In this document: in pieces, positions 25,501 to 37,761 of the stretch
Layout: each line of letters starts with the position of its first letter
How positions within the stretch are numbered: position 1 is the first letter of the stretch
Notes under the pieces: model-generated
Seen by the model: only the letters and a program-made list of their open reading frames with translations
The model's database searches: none
Told to the model about the DNA's origin: nothing
Translations under genes and position numbers: made by a program
DNA from: Asterias rubens
Lineage: Eukaryota
DNA: 64,000 nucleotides
NCBI RefSeq assembly: GCF_902459465.1
Contig: NC_047063.1
Span: 18,414,001-18,478,000, forward strand
Direction of reading: 5' to 3'

Positions 25501-28500
25501 GCTTTGAGCCATGTCAGGGCATCCGTGTTTGTTACAGACCTATGTAAAAAAAGCTTGAGATTTTGTTACGACTGTTGCTCAGATTTGTGCTTTTTGTTCT
25601 TTCTGTGAGGTAAAATTTATAAACTGAATGCATGATCAATCAATGAACTTGCATACTTTTGTGCGCTTATCAGTTTCAACTCGAGTGTAATTTCTATGAA
25701 AAATGTATTCATTCTACAGTTATGCTCAAGCCTCAATCATGTCTGCGTCAAGGAGGTTTCTAAAAAATTAAGCATGTGGGATTAACAGCTAGCATTCCAG
25801 TTAACATTCATAGCTCTATGTTATTAACTTACATTTATACGTAAGTTAACAGTTCTACACTAAACCAGATTGCTAACGAGTGTACTGTTCAAGTAGATTT
25901 AGGACAAATCTCATTCCTTTTTGATGGGTGTCTCTTGCTACTTTTCAGGTCAAGCAATGGACAGAGAATCCCAATCAGTTTGTAGTTGACGAAGACGATG
26001 ATTCTTATTCCTACAATGTCCGCATCTCAGCCCAAGATCTCCTCCTGGTAAGACTGTATGGCTTCGGTCAGTATTGTAATTAGCTGACCTTCAAGACCAT
26101 TGTGTCTGTTTTTGTCTTGGAAGTCTGTATTTTCACTAGTAAATAGGGATGCTTTTCATCAGTAAAATTGCCAGCCAGATCACTTTGACTTGTTCGCAGG
26201 TGTTTTCCAAAAGAGGAGGGCAACTCTTACCAAACTACTGACTGCTTACACAACCTCTGTGTTTTAACCGGCATTTGGCCAGTGTTAGAAGAGAACCATG
26301 GGAAAATATTTGTTTGCAAGGACACAAGCTAAGCTGGGATTCAATCCCACACTTTGTAAATGACAAAATTTGCGGTGACCACTTTTCCAAAACACTCAAC
26401 ATAGCTGTATCAAGCTTAATCCTAACAAGAGTAATTGTTTATGAAACAGATACAAAATTGTCATAAGTACAATTCATTGTTCACATTTTTTTTTTTTGGT
26501 AATTTGTTAAAGTTTGAATGCCATGAGTTTGTTTCATTTCTCTACAGTCCCTCGCTGGTGAGTTCCCTCAGGAGAGTGCTGTTGGTATCGTTCAAGCTGC
26601 TATGAAACATCTACACGATGCAGATCAGAACATCGACACACCAGCAGGAGCAAATTGGTAAGAATCTGTCCCTAAAGTCAAGAATCTTGCATGTCTCTAG
26701 CTTCACAGAAACCGGCAGGCCTCGTCATTGACTTAAAAAACAACGTTTGTGTTTCCTGCAATCTAACCGACTCTGTTCACAAACCTGCTGACTATAAAAT
26801 TTGCTACCAATAATTTGAAAAAAGTTTCCTGACAGACGTTTTTTTTTTTACTACTATACTAACGGAACTCTAGACTATTTTATCAAATCTGATTGCATTC
26901 GAGAATCTCTTTGGAAATATTTGTTTGTTTAACTTTGACTGTTTGATTTTAAACTTTTAAAAGAAGCTTCATGAGAGCTTGTTTTAAACCTGGAACCTCC
27001 GAATTAACGTACTGATGCTCTATTAACTATGCCATCTTGCCCTCATGTTGGCGGTCTCTATAGAGCCCTAACATAATGACATCACAAGCCCAATACAGTG
27101 CCCTCACTACGGTCATTTCATGACCATTTCTTGACCTCACACTGATGGCGGCCAATGCATGAGGTCTATACATCTTTGATTGATTTATTACTTGATATTG
27201 TTGATTATTTGTGCAGGTGGAAAGTTCATGAATCGTGCATGCTAGCGTTAGGTTCCATCAAGTCACTCATCATTGACAGGACGGCCAGCGGGAAGTTGAC
27301 CTTTGACATGAACTCCTTCCTGACCAACATTGTACTCAGTGACCTCAACAAACCAGGTACAAATGAGGAACTCACTCCGTGGTAGTGAAGTTTATAACGA
27401 GAAGTCCCCTCGATCCATTAAAGCTAAACTAGTAGTCCCGGCTGATTTTCTACCTTCTGCCCAGTTAATAAGCAGGGCAGTTCTTTTCCGAACTGAGAAT
27501 TATCCTGAATTCCGAAAACCTACTACGCGATAGTAGAATATAAAGCAAGACAAGTTCTCAAAAGAACATAATTTACCTGGCAAGTAGAAACACACATGGG
27601 GGTGGGGCTAATCATCGCAGCTAAGAGCTGAATTGCGAAGGACGCGGCTACAACGTGTTCAAGAAGCAGGCATGCAAGGGCGCATTTAGCTGCCAGCCAC
27701 ATCAACCCATTATGACCACGGAGCACAGCCAAGATCGAAAGTGTTTGATTTTTCCCGAGGGAGGAAAACCGGATGGTCTGGAAAACCCTCGTAGCACAGC
27801 AGAGAACAAACTCACAACTCAGCTCACATATGGCCCTGGCCGGGAATCGAACCGCGGTCACCTTGGTGAGAGGCGAGCGCTTTACGCACAAGCCAACCGT
27901 GCCACCAACACGTGGTGTTACCGCAAACCAAAATGGCGGAAAGTTTGTCTAGCAGCTGGGTATTTTGAGCAAGAGTGATCCTTGACCCTGTAATAAGCAG
28001 TTTCTATTTTATATCATAATTTTCAATGATAATTTAAACTCTTTTTATATATGTGGTATTCTCTTTTATTTGACAGTCTCGCCATTTTTACTTGGACGGG
28101 CGCTGTGGGCAGCCAGTAGATTTTCATTAGCCATGTCTCCAGATTTAATTCAAAGGTTGGTCATGAGGCAATTCTAAAAGCAAATTTAAGGAGAATGTTT
28201 TTCCAAAAATATTTGGGGGTTTTTGCCGATCGAAATCAGCAACATTATCAGTGGCTGTGAAGAACAAGAAACCAGTGCACCTGACGTTCTTGTCACAAAT
28301 ATTTGGGGAGTCAATAATTCCGTGTTTTGTTACAGGGGAATGCTCTCTTTAGGTGATGAAACATAGTTTCATTTCGAATTTTACATACCATTTTGTTCAC
28401 AGAATTTGGGAAAAATCCGAGTCTACAGTGCATACATACAATGGTGTTAGGGTAAAACTTAGGAATTCGAATGGCCTCTAGCTACCGGGCAATCTCGGTG

Positions 28501-31500
28501 GTCTATTTGGTATGACACTGCTCTAGACTTGCAAGGGTCGTGGGTTCGAATCTCACCATAGTAATATGCCTGTTATGTTTGTGGAGAATGGCATATGAAC
28601 CGTAACAATATAAAAATAGACTTTCTTTGATGATTTGGGTAATCCTCCCTCCATTTATTTCCTGGTAGATTTTTAGTGTTTACAGTCAAGGGTCTCGAGG
28701 CAACCCAACCCCCTGCGATAAGAATATCAGCAGTGCGAGCTATCTATGGTTTCTGTGAGCATCTTAAGACGTCAGGAAGCACACAGATCATCGTGCCTTA
28801 CCTTCCGGAGATCATGGAGGGATTGATTCAACTAGCGACGCAGTTTAACAATGACGTACTCTCACTAGTACTAGAGTGTGTTTGTGTTGTACTTACGGTA
28901 AGTACGATATTGTTATTTTATTAATGATAGTAATAATATTGTACATTTATATGTCACACATATTCCTTATGAATGCCTCAGGCGCATACAAGAAATCCTG
29001 ACTATGAAACAAATAAGTAACTAATTAAATGGTAAGGCCACCAGGGCCCAGTTTCATGGCTCTGCTTACCGCTGAACTCTGACCCGTGAAATACGACCTC
29101 GCGTCCGCAAGCGTCGCTTCTTTGCTTACAGTAAGCAGAGCCATGAAATTGGGCCCTGTTGATGTACGAAGGCCAACTCTTCAATGAACGAATTGTTTGA
29201 TATGCTGTTGCAAACTGCTCACCAACATAATTGACCTGGGGGTCGATTTCCTAACTTAGGACTAGTCCTAGGAGTAATAAAAAACTTAAGGCTAGTAGTA
29301 GTCTTAACTCTTTGTGAAAACCACCTCTGTGTTGTGAATGTAAAACCTGGATTTTTTTTTTTTACATCGAAGCGTCTTTCTAAAACCCTACATGACAACA
29401 CAAAAAAAACGGTTATTTTTGTAACTTTCTAACAGAACCTTTGTATGTTGTTTTCAGAACTGCACACTGATTTGTATTTTGCTGAATATTCTTTTTCCGC
29501 TACAGATAGATGACGCCTTTACAGTACAATATGAAAGTAAAATTGCACCACTCACGATAGCCCTATTCTTAAAATATAATCAAGGTGAGAAAGATGAATA
29601 TTTTTCATTGTAAGTTTGTATATACTCGGCGCCTTGAGTACCTTGTTTGGTAGATACGTGCGCTATACAAGACTTCAATATTATTATATTTTTGCGTCTG
29701 CTAGAGCACGTTGTTTAAGAATCTTTTCCCAAAGTTAGACTTGAATAATTTCTATAATTATTATTTTCATAGATTTCTAGTATTGAAACCAAGGATGCCT
29801 CTTACGGGTTGTATACCTTTTGTAGATCAAATTTTTGGCCATGACATGAATCCATACTCACTGTGAATAAAGATGTATGTTATATAATTTAAATGCAAAA
29901 AATACTTAATGGCCTGACGTTTCTACCCTAGCAGAGTCTTTCTCCCTACTTAAACGAACAGTCTCTCTGTGGTTGCCTAGTGCCTCTATGCCCTGTAAAA
30001 TCATGTCAGAAATGGAGTGATTAGGAAGATTGAAGTGATTTCCTATAGGTGTATCCAGCTTTTGGGTCTTGACTGTAGATCTGTGGCCGTAGAAACACCT
30101 CTTGGGTGTAGTTCTTGTTTCACCTATGTATTGAACACCACAGACTCTGCAAGATATGAGATAAATGAGATTAGTGGTGGTGCAGGTGATATGACCCCTT
30201 GGCTTATGGGTGGTACTGCCGGTGTTGTTGGTGAAGGAGTTAGATTCCCTGACGTGTTGTCTACAGACGATGCATTATATAATTAAAGTTTCAGCTTCAT
30301 AAGATAAGTCGTCAAGGTTTGAGGAAAAATGTAAAAATGTTAACACTGAGCAATGTTTTCAGGAGAGTCGCCTAAATACCTTCTACATGCTAAATTAATG
30401 TTCGTCTTGTGAGATGAAAATTACTTTCTTGACATTGTTGTACTCATTTCTCAAAAGCTACTGCACCTCAGCACGTAACATTTTAAGGAAAGCTTTCTAC
30501 CATTATCATCTTCAACACGTGAAGGTTTAATGTAAATCTGTGGACATTGTGTTTTGTGTAGTTCACAAAAGTACCCAAACCCTCCAATATAAATCAATTT
30601 TGAATTTCTGTTATAATTTCAGATCCAGCCACGACGTCACTGGTGGAAGAGATTTTCCGAGAGCTATGCAGTAGACGAGGGTGTCAGGACTCATTGCATG
30701 CAAGGTTACTGCCTACCCTTGTCAGTATACTTGTTGCTCCAGTTGAGAAAGTGCCCATCGGCTTACAGTCGGTAAGTAGGATAACTTTGTGGAGTTTCAG
30801 TTTATAATTATTTTGTTTTTTCTTGGATACTTTTCTACTGGAACTGGATACTTTTGGTAATTACTCAAAATAATTGTTAGCATAATCATAGTGGCTTTCT
30901 ATGAAGTTTCAAATCTGTCATTCCACATCACTGGGCCATTTATTTCATGCCAAAAACCATCTCAGCTTTATTGGGAGTCTCCGGTCTGTGGTAAAAAGCT
31001 CATTTCTCTGCAAATAATTTTTAGCATAAAAACTCACTTGGTAACAAGCAGTGGAGACCTTTAAATAGTGTAAAACAATGTGAATAGGCCTCCTCTGAAG
31101 TAATGTAGTTTTTTAGAAAGAGGTAATTTCTCACTCAAATTATAAGGTACTTCAGGCTTGATGCCTTTTTTTACGCATCTGAAAGCATACACAATTGTGC
31201 AACAAGGGTGTTTTTTCTTTCATTATTCTCTGGCAACTTCGATGACCAATTGAGTCCAAATTTACACAGATTTGTTATTTTATGCATGTGGTCTTAAAGG
31301 CAGTGGATACTATCGTGACTATTGGTAATTACTGAAGTGATGTAGTTTTTGAGAAAGAAGTAACTTTCCATGAATTTGATTTTGAGACCTCTAATTTTCA
31401 CAGGTTTGTTATTTTATGCATATGTTGAGATACACCAAGTAAGAAGACTGGTCTTTGACAATTACCAATAGTGTGCACTGCCTTTAAAAGCATTTTAAAT

Positions 31501-34500
31501 TTTGTCACATTTTCATTACTATAGAGCACCTCTGTTTTGTTTTAAATGTAACTAATTTACTGTAAAAGCTAAATCGTCCACTATGTGTTTACTTCACAGA
31601 CGACGCTGGATATTTTAACAGTGGTCGTTCGGAATAGTTCGGTCCCTTTGTCTGACACACTCATCAACAATGCCTTCCCATCTGTAGCACATTGCACACT
31701 AAAGACCGATGACAATGCAACAATGCAGGTAAACAGTTTAACAGTTAAATGCAGGTAAAGAGTTAGATTATAAAATTAAAAAAATTACAGGAATCATTGA
31801 TTATTCAACCGATAATAACAATGGCGATGACTAGGGTGAGATTTGAACTAACGACCGTTGCAATTCTGGAGCAGCGTCTTACCAAGTAGACCATTGAGAT
31901 TGCCCGGTAGCTAGAGGCAGTTTGAATCTCAGTTTTGACTTGTAATGTGCACATAATACAAATAATAATTAATAATAAATCTTATAAAGCGCCTAGAAAA
32001 AATTATTCACTGCGCTGTATGATTAATGGAAAATTAATGGTACTTGGGTGTTTTATAATAACATGAGTGATTTGGCTAAAATTTAGTTGAGGAACTGTTT
32101 TTCTGTTTGTGAAAATATCCCATTTGCAGAGTGGTGGTGAGTGCCTTCGTGCATACGTTGCCGTCGCCTACAACCAAATCGCCTCATGGCAGGATGCAGA
32201 GGGTCGTAGCGGTCTAAAGTACGCCATCGAGGTCGTCACACGGCTACTCAACCCGTCAACATCGGAGTTCACCGCGGCCTTTGTTGGAAGACTGGTTGCG
32301 ATACTCATCACGAAGGCCGGCAGCGCTCTGGGGGATAACTCTGATATGATCTTGAGGGCGGTGTTGAGTAAAATGCAGCAGGCTGAGACGTTGAGTGTTA
32401 CGCAGGTGAGCAGGGTTGGAATTGAGGGGGTGGGGATCTACAAGATCACAGGGCTTGTTGCTGAAAATGTTTACTGGACTGAACTCATGTTACAAGACCG
32501 GATTCAAAATTATGAAAAAGTTCTGACCCAGTTTAACTTGCTTTTCTGTAAACTGTTCTTATTTGAAACAGCGATAAGACATATAAGAGAAGATTGATCT
32601 CATTTGTCTTTATGGGTATTAAAATGTTTGGGTATTTTTTGTACGGCACAAAAGTCCTCAGATTTACATTAAACTTACATGGTTTAAAGATAATTATGGT
32701 AAAAGGCAGGGTCCCTTAAAATATTACTTGCTGAGGTGTGGTAGTTTTTGAGAAATGAGTAAAACAATTTCACAAAAATAGTTTTTGTCTCAGAAGACGA
32801 AATTTTGTTTAGTATGTACAACGGATTTACGCAGCGTTCCTGTGCAAACCTTGCCCTATGATTTTCACTTTTTCTCAAAAGTGGACGACTAATGAAGCTG
32901 AAATTTCTACGGGTGAGTGGGGATCATGTCATGGCCAAAAGCATGATCTACAAAAGGTATCAAAGGTATCAGTCTCCTGACGATGACTAGAGCAAGCTAG
33001 TTGAAACGTTGAGACCAATTCAAGAACTGACTCCGCTGTAGTACAGTTAATTACGATCCTATAAGCTCAAGTATTAGTCCCAGTCTATTTCTATACCATC
33101 TGCCATGGTAATAGTCAATAAGTAGGACAGTTCTTTTCAGAGCTGAGAAATCTCCCGAACACCCGAACAATCTACTCCGCAATAGTAGAATCAAAGCAAA
33201 ACAGTTCTCTAAGAACTAACTCTACCTGGCAAGTAGACACACACACACACACGATGTTACCGCAAACCAAATAAATAACGTATCAAAACCATTTAAGTAT
33301 ACCTCATTGTACCTTTACTCAGTAGAATTGAAAGGTATTTTATCAGACTTGAAGGGTGTATGTATGTACTTTTTGTAGGACTAAAATACAATGTCCACAG
33401 ATTTACACTAAACTTACACAGTTTGAAGATAATGATAGTAGAAAGCTTCCCTGAAAATATTACGTGCTGAGGTGCTGTAGTTTTTGGGAAATGAGTAAAA
33501 CAATGTCATGAAAACAGGGTTTGAAGATAGTGATAGTAAAAAGCTTCCCTTCAAATATTACGTACTGAGGTGCTGTAGTTTTTGAGAAATGAGTAAAACA
33601 ATGTCATGAAAATTATTTTCAGCTTTTATAATTGAATTTTCATGACATTGTTTTACTCATTTCTCAAAAACTACAGCACCTCAGTACGTAATATTTGAAG
33701 GGAAGCTTTTTACTATCACTATCTTCAAACCCTGTAAGTTTAATGTAAATCTATGGACATATTGAAAAAGTACCCAAATCCCTTTAAAGTAAACTTTGTT
33801 GTCAATTTTCTTTCAGTCTCTTTTGATGGTCTTTGCACATCTTATGCACAGTTGCATGGAGGACGTGCTAGAGTTCCTAAGCAGTGTCCCTGGTCCTACT
33901 GGCAAACCTGCGCTAGAATTTGTATTAACCGACTGGGTCACGAGGCAGAATATGTTCTATGGCGCATATGACAGCAAAGTCAGGTAAGAACTTTGTCTTG
34001 CAGTGGTTAGTTTTAAAGAAAGAAGTAAAGTGAAATTTGAATGTTATCATTCACAGATATATTATTAGGTTTGATTGGCGAAAGGAATTAAAATTGACAA
34101 GGAGAGGTTGAACAAATATCAAGTTGTCAGAATTATTTGTCCAATCCAATATTAAGTAGGATTTGGAACTTTGCATGGTGGAAAGTTTCTGAGCACAACA
34201 AAATTATGCTTACCAGATTAAGGTTATTATTTTACATCTGCAAATCATAAATGTTATCCTGCTTAGTTTTGCTTTGCAGAAACATAAGTAGGATTTGAAA
34301 CTTTGCATGGTGGAAATACGCTATAGCAAGGTTTGCGTTAACACCATGTAATGACTATCTCTAATGAGTTGGGGTGGTTCTGAAAAGAACCGTTGGTTTC
34401 AACTCGACCAAGAACCGTTGGTTTCAACTCGACCAACGGTTCTTTTCAGAACCACCCCAACTCATTAGAGGTAGTCATTACATGGTGTTACCGCAAACCT

Positions 34501-37500
34501 TTCTATATAGCAGAAACATGTTTAGCAATAGTTTTTGTTGTACAGCAATATGGAATTGAGCCCAGGTTGCAGACCTCAGACCTCTTGCCTTTTTTACGTG
34601 GTCGATTTGTTTAACTCGAAACCTGTTTTTGTTTGTTGTAGTATAACGGCGTTGAGTAAACTCCTACAGCACATGATCAATAAACCAGATCAACGATTAG
34701 AAGGAATTATCGTCAAAGGAGACCAAATCTTCAATCCAGCAGAGGGGATACGGACAAGATCGAAAGCAGCCCAATGTAAGATTCAATTACTGTTTCAAAT
34801 ATAATAAGAGTAATAAATAATAAGGGAATCAAATCCCACCAGGGTCAGTATTGGTGCTGTAGCGAGACAAATTTTAGTGGTGGGCTCTGAATCCAATTTA
34901 GTCCACCAAGGGAGAGCGGTGTAACTAAATTATTCACGTGTAGATAATGGGCCATCATGGCTGAAGTGCAATCTGGGAGAAATCTGTGCTGGGCAGCACA
35001 GTGTATTTTACTCAGAGTGCTGGGCAGGCCTGCCTGGCACTGCCCACCGTGGCTACAACGCTGGTCAGTAGATTGAGTTTTCAGTCCCTACTTTATGCTA
35101 TGGGTTTTCCCTGGAATAATTCTCTGTGGGTTTTCTCTCAAATCTAAAACTGAAACTTCCTTCCTTCTCTTGGCTAGTACAGTATTTAAGTTCCCTTTTC
35201 TGAGAATCCTTGGATTCACAAACAAAACAAATAAATAGTCAATAAGTTTACTTTCATCCCCCATGCCCTCTCAACCTTTGACATTATCGTGAAGATGTTT
35301 GAGCCTTTCTCTTTCTTTCTTGCGACAGCACCGGAGCAATGGACCAGTATTCCTCTTCAAGTGAAGATCTATAAGTTATTATTAAATGAGCTACTCAATG
35401 CAATGGAGAGCAACGTCTCGCAGCAAGCATCGGCTGGAGGAGAGGATCTTGAAGAGGTTAATTGCTTTGTCAAGTCGCGACTACCCTTTTTCAACTACTT
35501 GGTTAATCGTTGCGCAATGACTACTACAAAAATAGTCAACACTACTTTTTGTGTGAACCAATCGTGTCCACAGATACACATTTAAAAACTTACATAGTTT
35601 GAAAATAATGATGATGGTAGAAAGCTTCCCTTTATAACATAACTTGCTAATGGTGCTGTAGTTTTTGAGAAATTAGTAAAACAACGTCACAAAAATATTT
35701 GTTTGTCTCAGGAGATGAAAATTATTTTAGTACTGGTAAATCTGTTGTGCGCGCTAAAATAGTTCCGTGTTTCCGCAACTCTCCTGAAATTTTATTCACA
35801 TCAAATGTATCAAAACCCTATAAGACTGCCAAAACACACCAAAGGTGAACTATGAACCCAAACTGATAGTAACATTTACTTATTCTTTTTTTTGTCAGGA
35901 TGATGGTTGGGAGGAAGGTGAAGATGAGGATGAATATGAAGATGATGATGATGGTGATGAGGGGCCACTGAGTGAGCAGGCTTTACTAGCTCAGCTATCT
36001 GACTACTCATCAGGTCTTATCTACCCTGGTAAAAAAACAAAAAAATCACTTCTACTTCAGAGTGTCCTAATTAAATCAGACTTTGTATCTTTGTTTAGAT
36101 GATCTTCCCATCAAGCAGGTCTGGGAAATTCTCCGCTTTAAAGCGTACATCCGCTTTTTTCCTGTTTTTTTTTTTTTCCATAATTGTTTCTTTTTCCCCT
36201 TACAAACTTGGCATGCCTTTACATCAGCTTAGCAACAATAATGTACATCTAGAATAATGTGAGATAAGCCTAGTTACTGGATTAATGGGGTGCCCCAATT
36301 TGACCAGTGTAAATGTGTGCCGCACGCTCACTTGGCGTTACACGATCATTCTTACATCATGTAGTGTTTCAGCTCTTTTTTTAAGGGTCCACTCACAGGT
36401 TTGCATCAAGGGAACTCAGCAAACCCCCACAATGGGGATAAATAATCACCAAACATAGGTTTAACGTCCAGGATTGTGAATTGCACAAATCAAGAAATTG
36501 TCATTCAGTATTAACTAGACAACAATATTTATTCTAGTCATTGTGAAATCAGCGGTTAACTGGGGGATACGAACCCACAACCTTGTGATTGCAAGTCCTG
36601 CAGTCTAACCACTTGACCACAGTGACATAAAACGGTTTGTTTGGCATATTTTTATTGAAGCGCTTAAAGCTCTGCGCCCTTCTTCCAGGCACACATAGTA
36701 CTTTTTTTTAGTAACAGAAGGGCATTAGCAATAAATTGGCTCCTAACGAAAATTGTGATTAATGTTGGATCTGTGTTACTAAATATTCCCTAAATACATG
36801 TTTTCCCATTCATATGCATTTCTATGCACAATAATTGCTTAGTATAAGAACTTTTCAGGAACTCCTTTTTGTGGCAGTTTCGGGTTAGAATTTTAATCAA
36901 AATATAACAACTTTAAAAATAATGTCAAAAATAGAGAGTGCTTCGTACAGGAACGTGAAATAGATTTTTATGCTTGTTCCCATGTAACAGGATTGCATGA
37001 TCTTTGTGGGGATGAGGTTGATGAGGAGGAGGATGACCCAGATGCTCTGAATGATCCTATCTTTCAGCTTGATCTTCAGGTATTTATGGATTTGTTTGTC
37101 TCTCCATTTGACCATTACATCTGACCCCACTTGACCTTTATGCCTGACCCCACTTGACCTTTACATGTAAGTAGATTTATTGCGCACATGCTCAAGGGGC
37201 TTCACAGTATTTCCTGCAATCTGGGGACTGCGTTTGAATTAATGGTTTACAAGGTGCTGTGGTGCAATATGCTGCCAATCAAACCAGTAACACCTTGGCA
37301 AACCCTCTCTCTTGGCGATAAGTGCACTGTTTTTTTGTACGTGTGTTGTGTGTTGTGTTACACAACTCATGGGACCAAGGGCTTTACGTCCCATCAGAAG
37401 GATGAAGCAATGGTTAAGTTTCTTGCTTAAGGACACAAGTGTCACGACTGGGACTCGACCCCACAATCTGCTGATCAGAAACACCAAAAATCTACTTTTT

Positions 37501-37761
37501 AAAAAAAGTTATTTATAATCAGTTTAACTTTAAGATTATTTGAACAAAATGAGCTTTGAAGTAAAATTAGTTTGAGTGATTTTTTTTTTGTCTTCTTCAA
37601 GTAAATCATTTTTTTTTTTTTTTCGCTCCCATTTTTTTTGGCAGGCGTATCTTACTGACTTCATGCAGCAACTATCCCACCAGCCTTGCCACGGCCTCTT
37701 CACACCCCACCTAACCTACAATGAGAAACAGTTATTATCAAGCATAGGAGTGTCAGTATGA
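19534..37761 (+). CDS. IPO9: Importin-9 (about 1048-1053 aa, 23 coding exons)
   Basis: Exons 19534-19672, 20176-20237, 21170-21256, 21822-22023, 22527-22711, 22921-23040, 23345-23504, 24909-25060, 25949-26047, 26548-26657, 27217-27356, 28077-28155, 28669-28897, 29506-29584, 30623-30771, 31600-31728, 32130-32405, 33817-33983, 34642-34775, 35329-35456, 35899-36013 (or 36028), 36991-37079, 37645-37761, all phases consistent. Diagnostic strings include [68 protein letters not shown] and [16 protein letters not shown]. Confidence 0.98.
20665..21047. mobile_element. TTAA-flanked MITE family B (TIR AGGAACACGTTGCCTTGGAT); second copy at 61324-61700
   Basis: TIRs with TTAA at 20661-20664 and 21048-21051, and a homologous internal body in the second copy. 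Confidence 0.85.
23518..24640. repeat. About 57-bp minisatellite in IPO9 intron 7 (CAGCACCTAAATATACCTAGATACCTGAATGTAGCCTGGGATCTGAGTTTAGCTCCATGT), roughly 18-19 units with degenerate edges
   Basis: Tandem units read directly. Confidence 0.95.
25119..25503. mobile_element. MITE family D (TIR AGCCATTGGACACTTTCGGTA), flanked by TTAA/TTGA
   Basis: 21-bp TIR; TTAA at 25115-25118. Confidence 0.8.
27600..27906 (-). mobile_element. Apparently full-length tRNA-derived SINE with a Meta-domain-like core, inserted into a GGTTTGCGGTAACACC-family element
   Basis: The minus strand has A-box-like TGGCTTGTGCGT and B-box GGTTCGATTCC, then GAGGGTTTTCC...CCGGTTTTCCTCCCTC...AAAAATCAAACACTT. TSD-like ACACATGG (27592-27599) and ACACGTGG (27908-27915). 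Confidence 0.75.
34329..34500. mobile_element. 172-bp near-perfect hairpin member of the GGTTTGCGGTAACACC-terminal family; other members at about 27400-27930, 33040-33270, 40629-41042, 42310-42500, 61306-61815
   Basis: Arms of about 68 bp and a shared terminus, GGTTTGCGGTAACACCAT / ATGGTGTTACCGCAAACC. Confidence 0.8.

Noticed and set aside
36560-36630. tRNA-like sequences with GGTTCG boxes (also about 12020-12105, 19225-19300, 22760-22830, 28475-28560, 31830-31915, 59130-59165)
   Set aside because: They lack complete acceptor-stem pairing and continue into repeat bodies, so they are SINE heads rather than tRNA genes.
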